This document shows, piece by piece, positions 37,299-48,379 of a stretch of 64,000 nt of DNA. Position 1 is the stretch's first letter. Every line of letters starts with the position of its first letter. Made by a program: the position numbers and the translations under genes. The stretch lies in the NCBI RefSeq assembly GCF_046119375.1, contig NW_027362761.1:753486001-753550000 (forward strand). Direction: 5' to 3'. This DNA is from Phyllobates terribilis (lineage: Eukaryota). Under the pieces are notes generated by a model. The model worked only from the letters and a program-made list of their open reading frames with translations, was not told the origin of the DNA and searched no databases.

Positions 37299-38495
37299 TG
37301 ACGCGCCCCCTGGGCCAGTGTTGTTTGGGGGATACCCGGAGCCGGATCAGATGGGGGTTGTAGTCTCCGAGTGACGGTGACCCGGTCCGTGCCCAGGGTG
37401 TCAAGCTCAGTGTGTGGCAGTCCTACAGATGTTACTAGATGTTCTTTTATGTCGACTACGCCACCCGTTGAATTGCGGTCAATACGGCCGCCGCTGCAGC
37501 AGGGTCCACTGAGGCTGGTGATGTGTGTGCAGCTCAGATAGTATAACCCCCAACGGGAGGGGTATAGCCTCAGGGGGTCAGGTGTAGAGGATGGTGGTTG
37601 TGGAGGTGCAGGGAGGATGGTAATGAGACTCAGAGTCGGGCTGTGCAGTTCAGGGTCTTTACTTACTGCTGTTGTTCTGGTCACTCCGGCCTTGAGTGAC
37701 CGCCCGAGCCGTGCTGCGTCCACCAGGTCCTGGACTCGGCCAACTCCCAAGTAATTCTGGAGCGTGATCCTGAGCTCCCTTTCTGACGTTCCTTCTCTCT
37801 GGCCTTCCCCACCAGGGATCCACCTAAGTCCGGCTCCCTCGGGCCTCTTGTTGGTAAACCCTTGTCTCTGGGTTCCCTGACCCTATTCCTGGTCTGCCTT
37901 CCGGGTGGATTTAGTGGGTGGTCGTGGCAGATCCTGCCCACGACCTCCGGTCTCTGGCTGAGGATTAGTGCCCTCCACCAGCTTGGGATCCGGTACCCTT
38001 GTGCCAACTCTTCACCCGCTGATCTAATCCTGGGTTCTTGGAGTTCTCTCTTCTCCCCCTCTGGGTCCTTCTTTCTCCTCTCTCTCTCTGGGCCTTGGAG
38101 CTGCTCTTCTCCTCTGCTCTCTTCCTCTGACTGACTGACCTCTACAAAAGACCCTGATCTAAGATGGTTCCCACCTTATATACTCCCTCTATGTGTGAGC
38201 TCAGGTGACCAGCACCCAATGAGCTCCTAGCATTACCCAGACTGCTCCCCCTATCTGCCCCTACACTACTGGGATGTTCCACCCCCCTCCCACTCCAGCC
38301 AAGGACAGACACTGTCGTACCTGCACATTTCTCTAGTGGGAGTACCATTGGTCTGTCCCCCGGAAATGGGATGTGTGTAGTGCATGCAGCCTACTGAGCT
38401 CAGTTCCACACTCCATCCTTACCCGGGAGTGGAATACCACACCTCTGGCTTGAGGTGTAATACCCCTGTAGCAACCGAATCCTCAGGGTGCTACA
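37299..38495 (-). repeat. 5' LTR (1197 bp)
   Basis: Minus strand TGTAGCACCCTGAGG...GGCCCAGGGGGCGCGTCA; by eye differs from the 3' LTR by only about 3 substitutions and one 5-bp indel. Confidence 0.95.
38176..38182 (-). promoter_or_regulatory. Putative LTR TATA box
   Basis: Minus strand TATATAA in the 5' LTR; the related LTR has GATATAAAA at about 51838. Confidence 0.5.
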
Positions 38496-39206
38496 CATGC
38501 ATAGTGGACATGGGATTTCTAGAAATCCCATCCACTATGCTGTAACATCTGGACGCTGCGGGTTTGACTCTGCATAAATACACAGCTTCAAACCTGCAGC
38601 ACCTCCTGACCGAGGCCACGTACCCAAACTCACCCGCAGCATGTCAATTTCTGTAGCATAGACGCCAGTCTCCGCTGCAGATTTTGACCGATTGAGGTGT
38701 AATTATATGCGGTGGATCCACAAGTATTAACAACAAAAGTGCGGAATTAGAACACAGCGTTTTGGACGCAGCAAAACTACGCTGCGTCCAAAGCGCTGCT
38801 GAGTGCTGATCAGGGGGGGGGGGCGTAGTGGCTAACGAAACAGCTGTGAGCTGTTATTACTAGCCAGGGAAAATGTTTGCCTATAGGCACCTTCCTAGGC
38901 TAAAAATAGCAGCTCTCAGCTGCCCCAGAAATTACATGAATTGAAATGCTAATGAAGATTGAGTTTAGCTGACACCTAGCCCTTTTGTTTAGTGATGACA
39001 AGGCGTCAATCAGACCCTTTCATTACTACACCTAATTAAAGTAAAAAGTTAAATAAACACACAAACACAGAGTAAACACTTTATTTGTAGTACAACAGAT
39101 GCATTCTTTAATCATTTCAATTAACCAATATACTCACCCCAGGTCTGACTGTAATCCAAGGGTCAAAGCAATGTCTCATGGTTCTTTTTTCAAATAACTT
39201 TATTTA

Positions 39207-39536
39207 CACACGTGTTCAAAATTGTTGGTACCCCTTGTTTAATGAAAGAAAAACCCACAATGGTCACAGAAATAACTTGAATCTGACAAAAGTAGTAATC
39301 AATTAAAAATCTATGAAAATGAACAAATGAAAGTCAGACATTGCTTTTCAACCCTGCTTCCAGAGAATTTTTAAAAAAATTAAACTCATGAAATAGGCCT
39401 GGACAGAAATGATGGTACTCTTAACTTAATATTTTGTTGAACAACCTTTTGAAACAATCACTGCAATCAAACGATTCCTGTAACTGTCAATGAGACTTCT
39501 GCACCTCTCAACAGGTATTTTGGCCCACTCCTCATA
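39207..39536. mobile_element. Tc1 terminal fragment (TIR only), truncated by the LTR remnant
   Basis: TA|CACACGTGTTCAAAATTGTTGGTACCCC with an inner repeat AATGATGGTACTC, followed by typical Tc1 3' sequence (ACTGCAATCAAACG...TTTTGGCCCACTCCTC). Confidence 0.7.
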
Positions 39537-40946
39537 CGCACTTCCCGTGCCCCTAGGATCCTTTCTCTCACTCTGGAGCCTTTCTCACTGCTCCGGTCTT
39601 CTCTCTCCTACTGGGCCCCCTCACCGTCTGGACCTTACTACTCTACGGTCCTCACTTACTGAACTGACTCCCTCTAGATGTTTCTACCTGTCTTTTTATA
39701 CTCTTCCTTCAGTGCTCCCCTAAACTACTTCCTCCACCCACCTTCTCTACCTAGTTCCATCCACCAGACAGGGACTGGGTCTGTGCTCTCCTTCAGGAGC
39801 TATCTGGACCCTCCCTCATGGAGTGATGTAGTGTTGGATGTGAGTGGTTGGGTCACGGGTAGTGCTCCCTCCTTACCCGAGAGTGGGGTACCACACCTCT
39901 GGCTGAGATGCAGTACCTCTGTGGCAACTGGACCCGCAGGGGTGCCACATCCCCCCCCCCCTGTTAAACACAGCACGTCCGCAGGCTAGAACAGAGTAGA
40001 AAACAAGAATTTAAGACATGCAAAAAAATTTAAAATGCTTAAGCAGATAAACACAGTAAAATAACTTTTCTTCCCTTTATGGGAGGGACTTTTTCTTAAA
40101 AATATCATTTTTTATAGTTTCTTAAAAAAAGTTATATATAACTTCCGGGTTTATAAAACAATATAAGATCACTTTAAATAACATTTTATCAGACAAGTTC
40201 AGTAAGCTGTAGTGAGATCCCTTTCAGATTGTCCATCTCTCTATTTCTAGTGCAATATGGGGGACCCGTTCTAAAACCCCCAACATAGGCTCTGGGCGTG
40301 GCTGCAGGGCATAGCCGATCCACTCGTTGGACCAGGTGTTTGGCCACGCCAAACGGGTTTTTGTTCAATGGTCTATAAAACCATCAAGAAGCACCTTAAA
40401 AAGTGCTAACTTTTTACACTAAAAGTTCGGGCTGTTCAACGTCCACAACCACAATGTCCTTTTCCTTAACCAGGTACTGCAAAGTTATCAGTTTGTAACT
40501 TTTTTCCATAAACACCCAACCGGGTAACTATTTAACTCTGTGATGCATCAGTTTATGGCTCCTGCCGCTGCCGGGGTGGAACTTGTGGCTGCTTCCACGG
40601 CAAAAGCTGAGGGCGAGCTCTTTCTCCCTGTCCGGGGAGTTCATCTGTTCGTCTATCAGTGTCCGGCCAGGACTTGACTTCCCTCTGCGTGGCACCAGTT
40701 AGCTGACAGATTAGAATGCTGACCTTCTGCCCTTCGGCCAAGGGATAAACGTCAAACAGGCTACGCAGTCTCTCTTTGAAATCGCTAAGGGTATGCAACT
40801 CCCGAGTATTCTGGTAACCAGGCCGCTCCTGGGATGTATGGCATAGACAGTGGTATTATGGGGGCTGCGGCAGCACCCGCTGTTGGAGCTTCGCCTAAGT
40901 TGGGCATCTTTCTCCCCCCCCAGTTCACCCTTGCCGGGGTAGGACT
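39537..40946 (-). mobile_element. Deleted Gypsy-type LTR element related to 33685-38495 (partial 3' LTR 39537-39949, PPT, 3' region, gag fragment); leader continues at about 43578-43680
   Basis: LTR start TGTGGCACCCCTGCGGG preceded by a G-run PPT (39950-39962); 3' region matches 49500-49560 and 51210-51580; gag-like ORF. Confidence 0.8.
40630..40907 (-). pseudogene. Gypsy Gag N-terminal (capsid-like) fragment, frameshifted and truncated
   Basis: MPNLGEAPTAGAAAAPIIPLSMPYIPGAAWLPEYSG / HTLSDFKERLRSLFDVYPLAEGQKVSILICQLTGATQREVKSWP resembles vertebrate Gypsy/PNMA-like Gag; assignment is by pattern recognition. Confidence 0.6.
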
Positions 40947-41339
40947 CAGTGGCGTACAGCCAATGGCGGCAGACCACGCGACTGCTATGGGGCCCGTGAG
41001 CTGGGGGGACCCATAGCAGTCCAGGGGCGGACATACCGCTGCTGGTGCAGGTGCGCCGGGGGGCCCGCTGGTGCAGCGTCTCCCTGCTCGTGGCGGGCAG
41101 GGAGCGATCCCTGCAGCTCCGCTGCTGACAGGACAGAATGGCAGCGGAGCTGCAGAGATCCGTCCTCTGCTTCCTGCCCGCCGCTTCCTCCCTCACACAG
41201 GCACGCGCTGCTTGATGACGTCATCATGCAGCTCGGGCCTGTGTGAGGGAGGAAATTGTATACAACAAGTATGCTGCGGCCTGCATGGGAACAGGCAGAG
41301 AGGTAAGTGTTGTTTTTTTTTTTTTTTTTTTACTGAAAC

Positions 41340-42380
41340 GCTGGGGAGAGCAATAATGGGGCTAATGGGGCTGATGGGGCTGGAGAGAGCAATAATGGGG
41401 CTGATGGGGCTGGGGAGAGCAATGGTGGGGTTGGGGAGAGCAATCATGGGGCTGATGGGGCTGGGGAGAGCAATGGTGGGGTTGATGGGTCTGGGGAGAG
41501 CAATGGTGGGGCTGGGAAGAGCAATGATGCTGCAGCTTAAGGGGGAACTTGCAGAGAGGTAAGTGTTTTTTTTTTTATTTTGCTGGGGAGAGCAATAATG
41601 GGGCTGATTGGGCTGGAGAGAGCAATAGTGGGGCTGATGGGGCTGGGGAGAGCAATGGTAGGGCTGATGGGGCTGGGGAGAGCAATCGTGGGGCTGATGG
41701 TGCTGGGGAGAGCAATGGTTGGGCTGATGGGGCTGGGGAGAGCGCTGATGGGTCTGGGGAGAGCAATGGTGGGGCTGGGAAGAGCAGTGATGGGGCGGGG
41801 AGAGCAATGATGGGGATTAGTAGACCAATGACGGGGATGGGGAGAGCAATGACAGGTTGCTGGGAGAGAGCAATGATGGAGGTGCTGGTAGAGTAATGAC
41901 GGGGGTTGCTGGGAGAGAACAATGATGGGGGTGCTCAGAGAGAGCAATGACGGGGGTGCAGGGAGAGAGCAATGACTGGGTGCTGGGAGAGAGCAATGAC
42001 GGGGGTGCTGGGAGAGAGCAATGATAGTGGTGCTGGGACAGAGCAATGATGGGGGTGCTCGGAGAGCGCAATGACGGGGGTGCTGGGAGACAACAATGAC
42101 GGGGTGCAGGGAGAGAGCAATGACGGGGGTGCAGGGAGAGAGCAATGATGGGGGTTCTGGGACGGATGAATGACAGGGGTGCTGGGAGAGAGGAATGATG
42201 GGTGCTGGGAGAGAGCAATTACGAGGGTGCTGGGAGAGCAATGACAGGGGTGCTGGGACAGAGCAATGTTGGGGGTGCTGGTAGACAGCAATGACGGGAG
42301 GTGCTGGGACATAGCAATGACGGGGGTGTTGGGAGAGAGCAATGATGGAGGTGCTGGGACAGAGCAATGATGGGGGTGCT
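41340..42380. repeat. Two adjacent G-rich minisatellites (about 30-bp and about 25-bp units) inside the hAT element
   Basis: GGGGAGAGCAATGGTGGGGCTGATGGGGCT units (41340-41810), then GGGAGAGAGCAATGACGGGGGTGCT units (41830-42380). Confidence 0.9.
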
Positions 42381-42817
42381 TGTATATTTTCCGTGTGCAC
42401 ATAGCCTTACAGTTAATTGGGGAGAGTCACAGAGACTGAATAATTTATATTATTGGCAGGTGGAGATTATAGTTAATGGGGGGCACAGTGCTGCTTATCA
42501 CTTTATATTTTGATTACTAAGTGGCTAATAATATATTAATGGGGGGTTACAGATCTGTATTCAGGGGCGCAGTGTGGGGGAGATACATATATATAAACAG
42601 TATACGTGACCTTGTTATTTTCTAGGCTGGATGATCATAGTGACAAGACGAAACGTGGCTGGGAGATGTCGACATGAAGGTCCGACCAGATGGAGAAGAA
42701 GCAGCAGAAACTGACTCTGATCAGACTAGACGTCAGCGGTAAGGGCCTGGATGTAAATATTATTCTGTATCTGTGCTGTATGACTTGGAGTGATAATGTT
42801 ACATGTAAAATCCCTTA

Positions 42818-43056
42818 GGCTGCATTCTCACATTTGTGTGAAATGTCAGATTTTTTTATCGGATGGTCCACGGACTTGTAGAGTTTTATAGATCCATTCA
42901 CACATCCATGAAAATCACGGATCTGAGAATGAGATCTGTGAGGGTCAGAGAATGTCCTGTTCTGATCCGATTTTGAGGATTAGAATAGGACATGCTCAAT
43001 GCGTCTGTAAAACAGGGCAGCACACTGACACTGCACACAGATGTTGGAATGTAGCC
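42818..43056. mobile_element. PIF/Harbinger-type MITE nested in the hAT element
   Basis: TIRs GGCTGCATTC / GAATGTAGCC; 3-bp flanks TTA / GTA. Confidence 0.55.
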
Positions 43057-43679
43057 GTATTATGTATAGCACAGTCCCTTAGTACATAGTGTACTCACTC
43101 ATTATGTATAGCATACGCCCTTAGTATATAGTGTACTCGCTTATTATGTATAGCGCCGTCCTTAGTTATATAGTTTCATCTTTTATTATGTATAACATCC
43201 TCCCTTATTACCTACCATCCTCTCTAGCTCTAGGGCTCACAATTGGGGGATCATATTGTGTTGGGGTCAGCAAACTTTGCCCTGGCAGTTGAGGTGAGGT
43301 ACAGTAGGGTCATTATACTGCGCATGTGGAGGAATTCACCATGGGTGTATCATACTGTGTTTGGGGGACACTTTTATTGGTATCACACTTTATGGGACAA
43401 TGAAAGAGGGGCCTAGGACGTCAGCAGGAGGAAAATTACTATGTAAAGGCTGGAAGGTTGTGTGATCTGCTCTTCTGTGACCCTGACAATTATTTACATT
43501 TTTTTTTTGGGGGGGGGGCCCAATTTGAACTTCTGCTATGGGGCCCCATGAATCCTATGTACGCCCCTGGTAGGACTCACCGCTCCGGATGCTTATGTCG
43601 TCGTTCCTTACACAGCCGGTCACTGAGACTGCTTTGCTGGTCACTGTACAGCCGCACTCTTGCTGCACAGCTATCTATA

Positions 43680-44095
43680 GCGAATGCTTTAAGGCCTTTT
43701 GGGGAACAATTGTGGTATAATTTGAAATGACGCGGAATAGTTTTGAGCAATGTGGGATCATCAATGCTGACTGCTTTTTCGATGTCCCTCACGTGCTCCC
43801 TTACCCGTATTTTGAATTCTCTCGTGGTTAGGCCAACGTAGAGTTTCCATCAGGGACATTCGACATAGTAGATTACTCCCTTGGAGGTGCAATTCAGATG
43901 TTTACGTATCTGGAAAGTTCTGGTGCCATCATGGTTAACAAATGTTTTGGCTTTCACTAAATTCCAACAAGCCTTGCAGTGGCCAAAAGGAAAAAAGCCC
44001 TGTGGAATGGTAGAAAGTTCATTGTTGTAGGTTGTTGGATCATAGTAGCTATGTACTAGTATGTCTTTTTGATTTCTACATCTCTTTACTTGCAT
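43680..44095 (-). pseudogene. Penelope-like element fragment, GIY-YIG endonuclease
   Basis: ...GHCKAC...RKHLNCTSKGVIYYVECP*WKLYVGLTTREFKIRVREHVRDI...IPRHFKLYH...LKAFAID. Confidence 0.85.
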
Positions 44096-44139
44096 GATGT
44101 AGCACTGCCAAAGGCCTACAAAATGACCTCCAACAGGCT

Positions 44140-44530
44140 ACTGGAGTGCATGTTCATGGTCAAACGGTAAAAGAAAACAGACTCCATGAGGGCCGGGCGT
44201 CCTGTAGTCGGATCCGTGCTCACAGCTGAAAACTGTGCAGCTCAATTGGCATTCTCCAGAGAGTACTAGAACTTGGCGGATCCTCAATTGACAGATGCTT
44301 TTTTGCAGAGAAGTGCAGGTTCACACTGAGCATGTGACATATATGAAAGAGTCTGGAGACGCCGTGGTGAGCGTATGATATCCACATCATCATCAAGCAA
44401 GAAAAGTTTGGTGTTGGGTCAGTGATGGTATGGGAAGACATATTGTTGAAAGGTCACAGAAACCTCCACGTAATAGTCAACAATACCCTGACTGCTGCTA
44501 TGGATGGGGATGAAGTCTGCCATCTATATA
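44140..44530 (+). pseudogene. Highly degenerate Tc1 transposase fragment
   Basis: Remnants of W....F..ESRFTL...VWRRRGER...GSVMVW. Confidence 0.55.
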
Positions 44531-44784
44531 CTCCTAGGAGTACTCCTGTGGCGGGGCTTTGGTTTCATTATATACTATAATACTAGTATAAAGTGCAAGT
44601 AATCAAACAATGATTAAAAAATGTAAAAACAAAAAGTTTAAATCATTTACCAATCTGAAAATAAAGACAAGCAAACTTAGCAATGCCACATCCATAAAAG
44701 TCCAGTCAATCAAAATGTAAAATTACTTAAACCATACGGTAAATGTTGCAGAGAAAAAAAATCTATATTGTGAGCTATATACGA

Positions 44785-47205
44785 CCTTTATTGTCCCCCA
44801 TGTGACATCAATATTGTCACCTATATACGATCTGTATTGTCACCAATATACAAAATTTATTGTTGCCCATGTGCCATCTGTATTGTCACCCATATGCCAT
44901 CAGTATTTTCACCTACAGTACAGACCAAAAGTTTGGACACACCTTCTCATTTAAAGATTTTTCTGTATTTTCATGACTATGAAAATTGTACATTCACACT
45001 GAAGGCATCAAAACTATGAATTAACACATGTGGAATTATATACTTAACAAAAAAGTGTGAAACAACTGAAAATATGTCTTATATTCTAGGTTCTTCAAAG
45101 TAGCCACCTTTTGCTTTGATGACTGCTTTGCACACTCTTGGCATTCTCTTGATGAGCTTCAAGAAGTAGTCACTGGAAATGGTATTCCAACAATCTTGAA
45201 GGAGTTCCCAGAGATGCTTAGCACTTGTTGGCCCTTTTGCCTTCACTCTGCTATCCAGCTCACCCCAAATCATCTCAATTGGGTTCAGGTCTGGTGACTG
45301 TGGAGGCCAGGTCATCTGGCGTAGCACCCCATCACTCTCTTGCTTGGTCAAATAGCCCTTACCCAGCCTGAAGGTGTGCTTGGGGTCATTGTCCTGTTGA
45401 AAAATAAATGATGGTCCAACTAAACGCAAACAGGATGGAATAGCATGCAAGATGCTGTGGTAGCCAGGCTGGTTCAGTATGCCTTCAATTTTGAATAAAT
45501 CTCCAACAGTGTCACCAGCAAAGCACCCCCACACCATCACACCTCCTCCTCCATGCTTCACGGTGGGAACCAGGCATGTAGAGTCCATCCGTTCACCTTT
45601 TCTGCGTCGCACAAAGACACGGTGGTTGGAACCAAAGATCTCAAATTTGGACTCATCAGACCAAAGCACAGATTTCCACTGGTCTAATGTCCATTCCTTG
45701 TGTTCTTTAGCCCAAAAAAAGTCTCTCCTGCTTGTTGCCTGTCCTTAGCAGTGGTTTCCTAGCAGCTATTTTACCATGAAGGCCTGCTGCACAAAGTCTC
45801 CTCTTAACAGTTGTTGTAGAGATGTGTCTGCTGCTAGAACTCTGTGTGGCATTGACCTGGTCTCTAATCTGAGCTGCTGTTAACCTGCTATTTCTGAGGC
45901 TGGTGACTTAGATAAACTTATCCTCAGAAGCAGAGGTGACTCTTGGTCTTCCTTTCCTGGGGCGGTCCTCATGTGAAGCCAGTTTCTTTGTAGCGCTTGA
46001 TGGTTTTGCAACTGCACTTGGGGACACTTTCAAAGTTTTCCCAATTTTGCGCACTGACTGACCTTCATTTCTTAAAGTAATGATGGCCACTCGTTTTTCT
46101 TTACTTAGCTGCTTTTTTCTTGCCATAATACAAATTCTAACAGTCTATTCAGTAAGACTATCAGCTGTGTATCCACCAGACTTCTGCACAACACAACTGA
46201 TGGTCCAACCCCATTTATAAGGCAAGAAATCCCACTTATTAAACCTGACAGGGCACACCTGTGAAGTGAAAACCATTTCCGGTGACTACTTCTTGAAGCT
46301 CATCGAGAGAATGCTAAGAGTGTGCAAAGCAGTCATCAAAGCAAAAGGTGGCTACTTTGAAGAACCTAGAATATAAGACATATTTTCAGTTGTTTCACAC
46401 TTTTTTGTTAAGCATATAATTCACATGTGTTAATTCATAGTTTTGATGCCTTCAGTGTGAATGTACAATTTTCAAAGTCATGAAAATACAGAAAAATATT
46501 TAAATGAGAAGGTGTGTCCAAACTTTTGGTCTGTACTGTATATACGATCTTTGTCACCCATGTGATATCTGTATTGTCACCTATATATGATCTACATTGT
46601 CACCTATATACAATATCTGTTGTCACCCATGTGCCATCTGTATTGTCATCTATATACAATCTGTATCGTCACCTATAAGCCATCTGTATTATCACCCGTG
46701 TGACAATCTATATTGTCAACTATATACGATCTGTATTGTCACCCATATGCCAAAGTGTATTGTCACCTATATATGATCTGTAGTCACCCATATGTCATCA
46801 TATTGTCACCTATATATGATCTTTGCCAACCATGTGACATCTGTATTGTCACCTATATACGATCTGTATTGTCACCCATATGACAATCTATATTGTCACT
46901 TATATATGATCTGTATTGTCACCTATATACAATATTTATTGTCACCCATATATGATCTGTATTGTCACCTATATATGATCTGTATTGTCACCTATGAGCA
47001 ATCTGTATTGTCCCACATATGACAATCTATATTATCAACTATATGCGATCTGTACTGTCACCCATATGCCAATCTGTATTGTCAGCTATATTTAATCTTC
47101 ATTGTCTTCCATGTGCCATTTGTATTGTCACCCATATGTTATCTTTATTGTCACCTATATGCGATCTGTATTGTCATCCATATGACAATCTATATTGTTA
47201 CCTTT
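44785..47205. repeat. 23-bp satellite, split by a Tc1 insertion
   Basis: TATTGTCACC(T/C)ATAT(AC/GC/GA)...ATCT(G/A) units at 44785-44913 and 46541-47205, tending to alternate TATATA and CATATG variants. Confidence 0.9.
44916..46538 (-). mobile_element. Full-length Tc1 (1623 bp) with long inverted repeats; transposase pseudogene 45079-46126
   Basis: TA|CAGTACAGACCAAAAGTTTGGACACACC at both ends; MARKKQLSKEKR..., [23 protein letters not shown]; several frameshifts/stops. Confidence 0.93.
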
Positions 47206-47211
47206 ATTACA

Positions 47212-47449
47212 CAGTACAGACCAAAAGTTTGGACACACCTTCTCATTTAAAGATTTTTCTGTATTTTCATGACTATGAAAATTGTACATTCACACTGAAG
47301 GCATCAAAACTATGAATTAACACATGTGGAATTATATACTTAACAAAAAAGTGTGAAACAACTGAAAATATGTCTTATATTCTAGTTCTTCAAAGTAGCC
47401 ACCTTTTGCCTTGATGACTGCTTTGCACATTCTTGGCATTCTCTTGATG
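47212..47449. mobile_element. Second copy of the same Tc1 terminal repeat, truncated
   Basis: Near-identical to 44916-45155; breaks off at TTGATGAG where hAT-like sequence starts. Confidence 0.85.
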
Positions 47450-47459
47450 AGTGGTAGTC

Positions 47460-48379
47460 TTGTGATGAGCATCTCACTGCTCGAGATGCTCGCTGCTCGC
47501 CGAGTATTTCCGGGTTGCTCGGGCGGGAACTCGAGTCCCCTCCCTGCATGTTTGGCGCTCTTTAGAGAGCCAATGAACATGCAGGGATTGCCTGCCATGC
47601 ACTGTAATGCCGTAGCCATGTTGGTTGTGGCATTACAGTGATTGGATGGCCGCACAGCGTCATCAGGTCTATATCAGACCTGGCGCCACCATGCTCGTCA
47701 CAGTCACTCCGGATCAGACAGTGTAGGGAGAGCTCCTGCTGTGTCAGGGAGAGATTTGCTTGTGTATTAGGTAATGTAGGGAGAAAAACTGTACATTACA
47801 CATATCCATCTCAACAAACAGTCCTTCTGAGGACTAATCCATCTGCAGAGATATCAGGCAGGCAGTGTATATAGGCAGGTAGGCAGTGTATATAGCAGAC
47901 TGCAGTGCATATAGCACAAGAGGCTCCATTCCAATTCTGCCTTCTGCTGCTGTTAGATATTTCTATACAAAGGCCCAGGTCTCAGGGACCAGGAATACTT
48001 TTCTTTGGATCTTAATCCTCATTATTTGCTTAAAAAGCAATCCAGAGAACACCGTTGTTCTGCGCCATTTGCTGGTTGGCACTGCAGAATACAGCCAGGT
48101 CCTTTCCATATTACAGCACTAAAAATCCAGGTATTTAAAACTGTGTTTTCTCCATGAAACGGATCACATATACGTTGTCAGAAAATACTGCCATTTCTGG
48201 CCTCCATTAAAAATTTCCTTTAGTGTGTCAGTGAAGCAATTCACCGCAGTTTGCTGTTCAAACTACTTACCTACAGGCCAGGTATTTAAAACTCTGTTTT
48301 CTCTGTCACACGGATCACATATACATTGTCAGAAAATACTGCCATTTCTGGCCTCCATTAACAATTTCCTTTAGTGTGT
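47460..48379 (+). mobile_element. Probable left end of a large hAT element (TIR-like start plus about 155-bp subterminal repeats)
   Basis: TTGTGATGAGC...TGCTCGAG...CTCGGG start resembles the TAGTGTTGAGC-type ends at 22427/22727; duplicated unit at 48128 and 48278. The link to downstream transposase genes is inferred. Confidence 0.5.

Larger units (their letters stand above)
33685..38495 (-). mobile_element. Complete non-autonomous Gypsy-type LTR element (4811 bp) encoding a cold-shock-domain protein
   Basis: TG...CA LTR pair, CATG 4-bp TSD (33681-84, 38496-99), PBS, PPT and a single long ORF; no PR/RT/RH/IN motifs in any frame of the 2412-bp interior. Confidence 0.92.
40947..43569. mobile_element. 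Non-autonomous hAT element (2623 bp) inserted in the Gypsy leader
   Basis: TIRs CAGTGGCGTACA / T(A)TGTACGCCCCTG and a perfect 8-bp TSD GTAGGACT (40939-40946, 43570-43577). Confidence 0.9.

Noticed and set aside
35321-37750. The full 809-aa ORF given in the track
   Set aside because: It starts at a non-ATG codon inside the 5' LTR and runs through the PBS with no Met for 211 codons. The first ATG is at 37117, so about 598 aa is the defensible protein; a non-AUG start cannot be excluded.
41071-42402. Long overlapping ORFs (up to 287 aa) on both strands
   Set aside because: They are translations of minisatellite units lacking stop codons, with no protein-like complexity.
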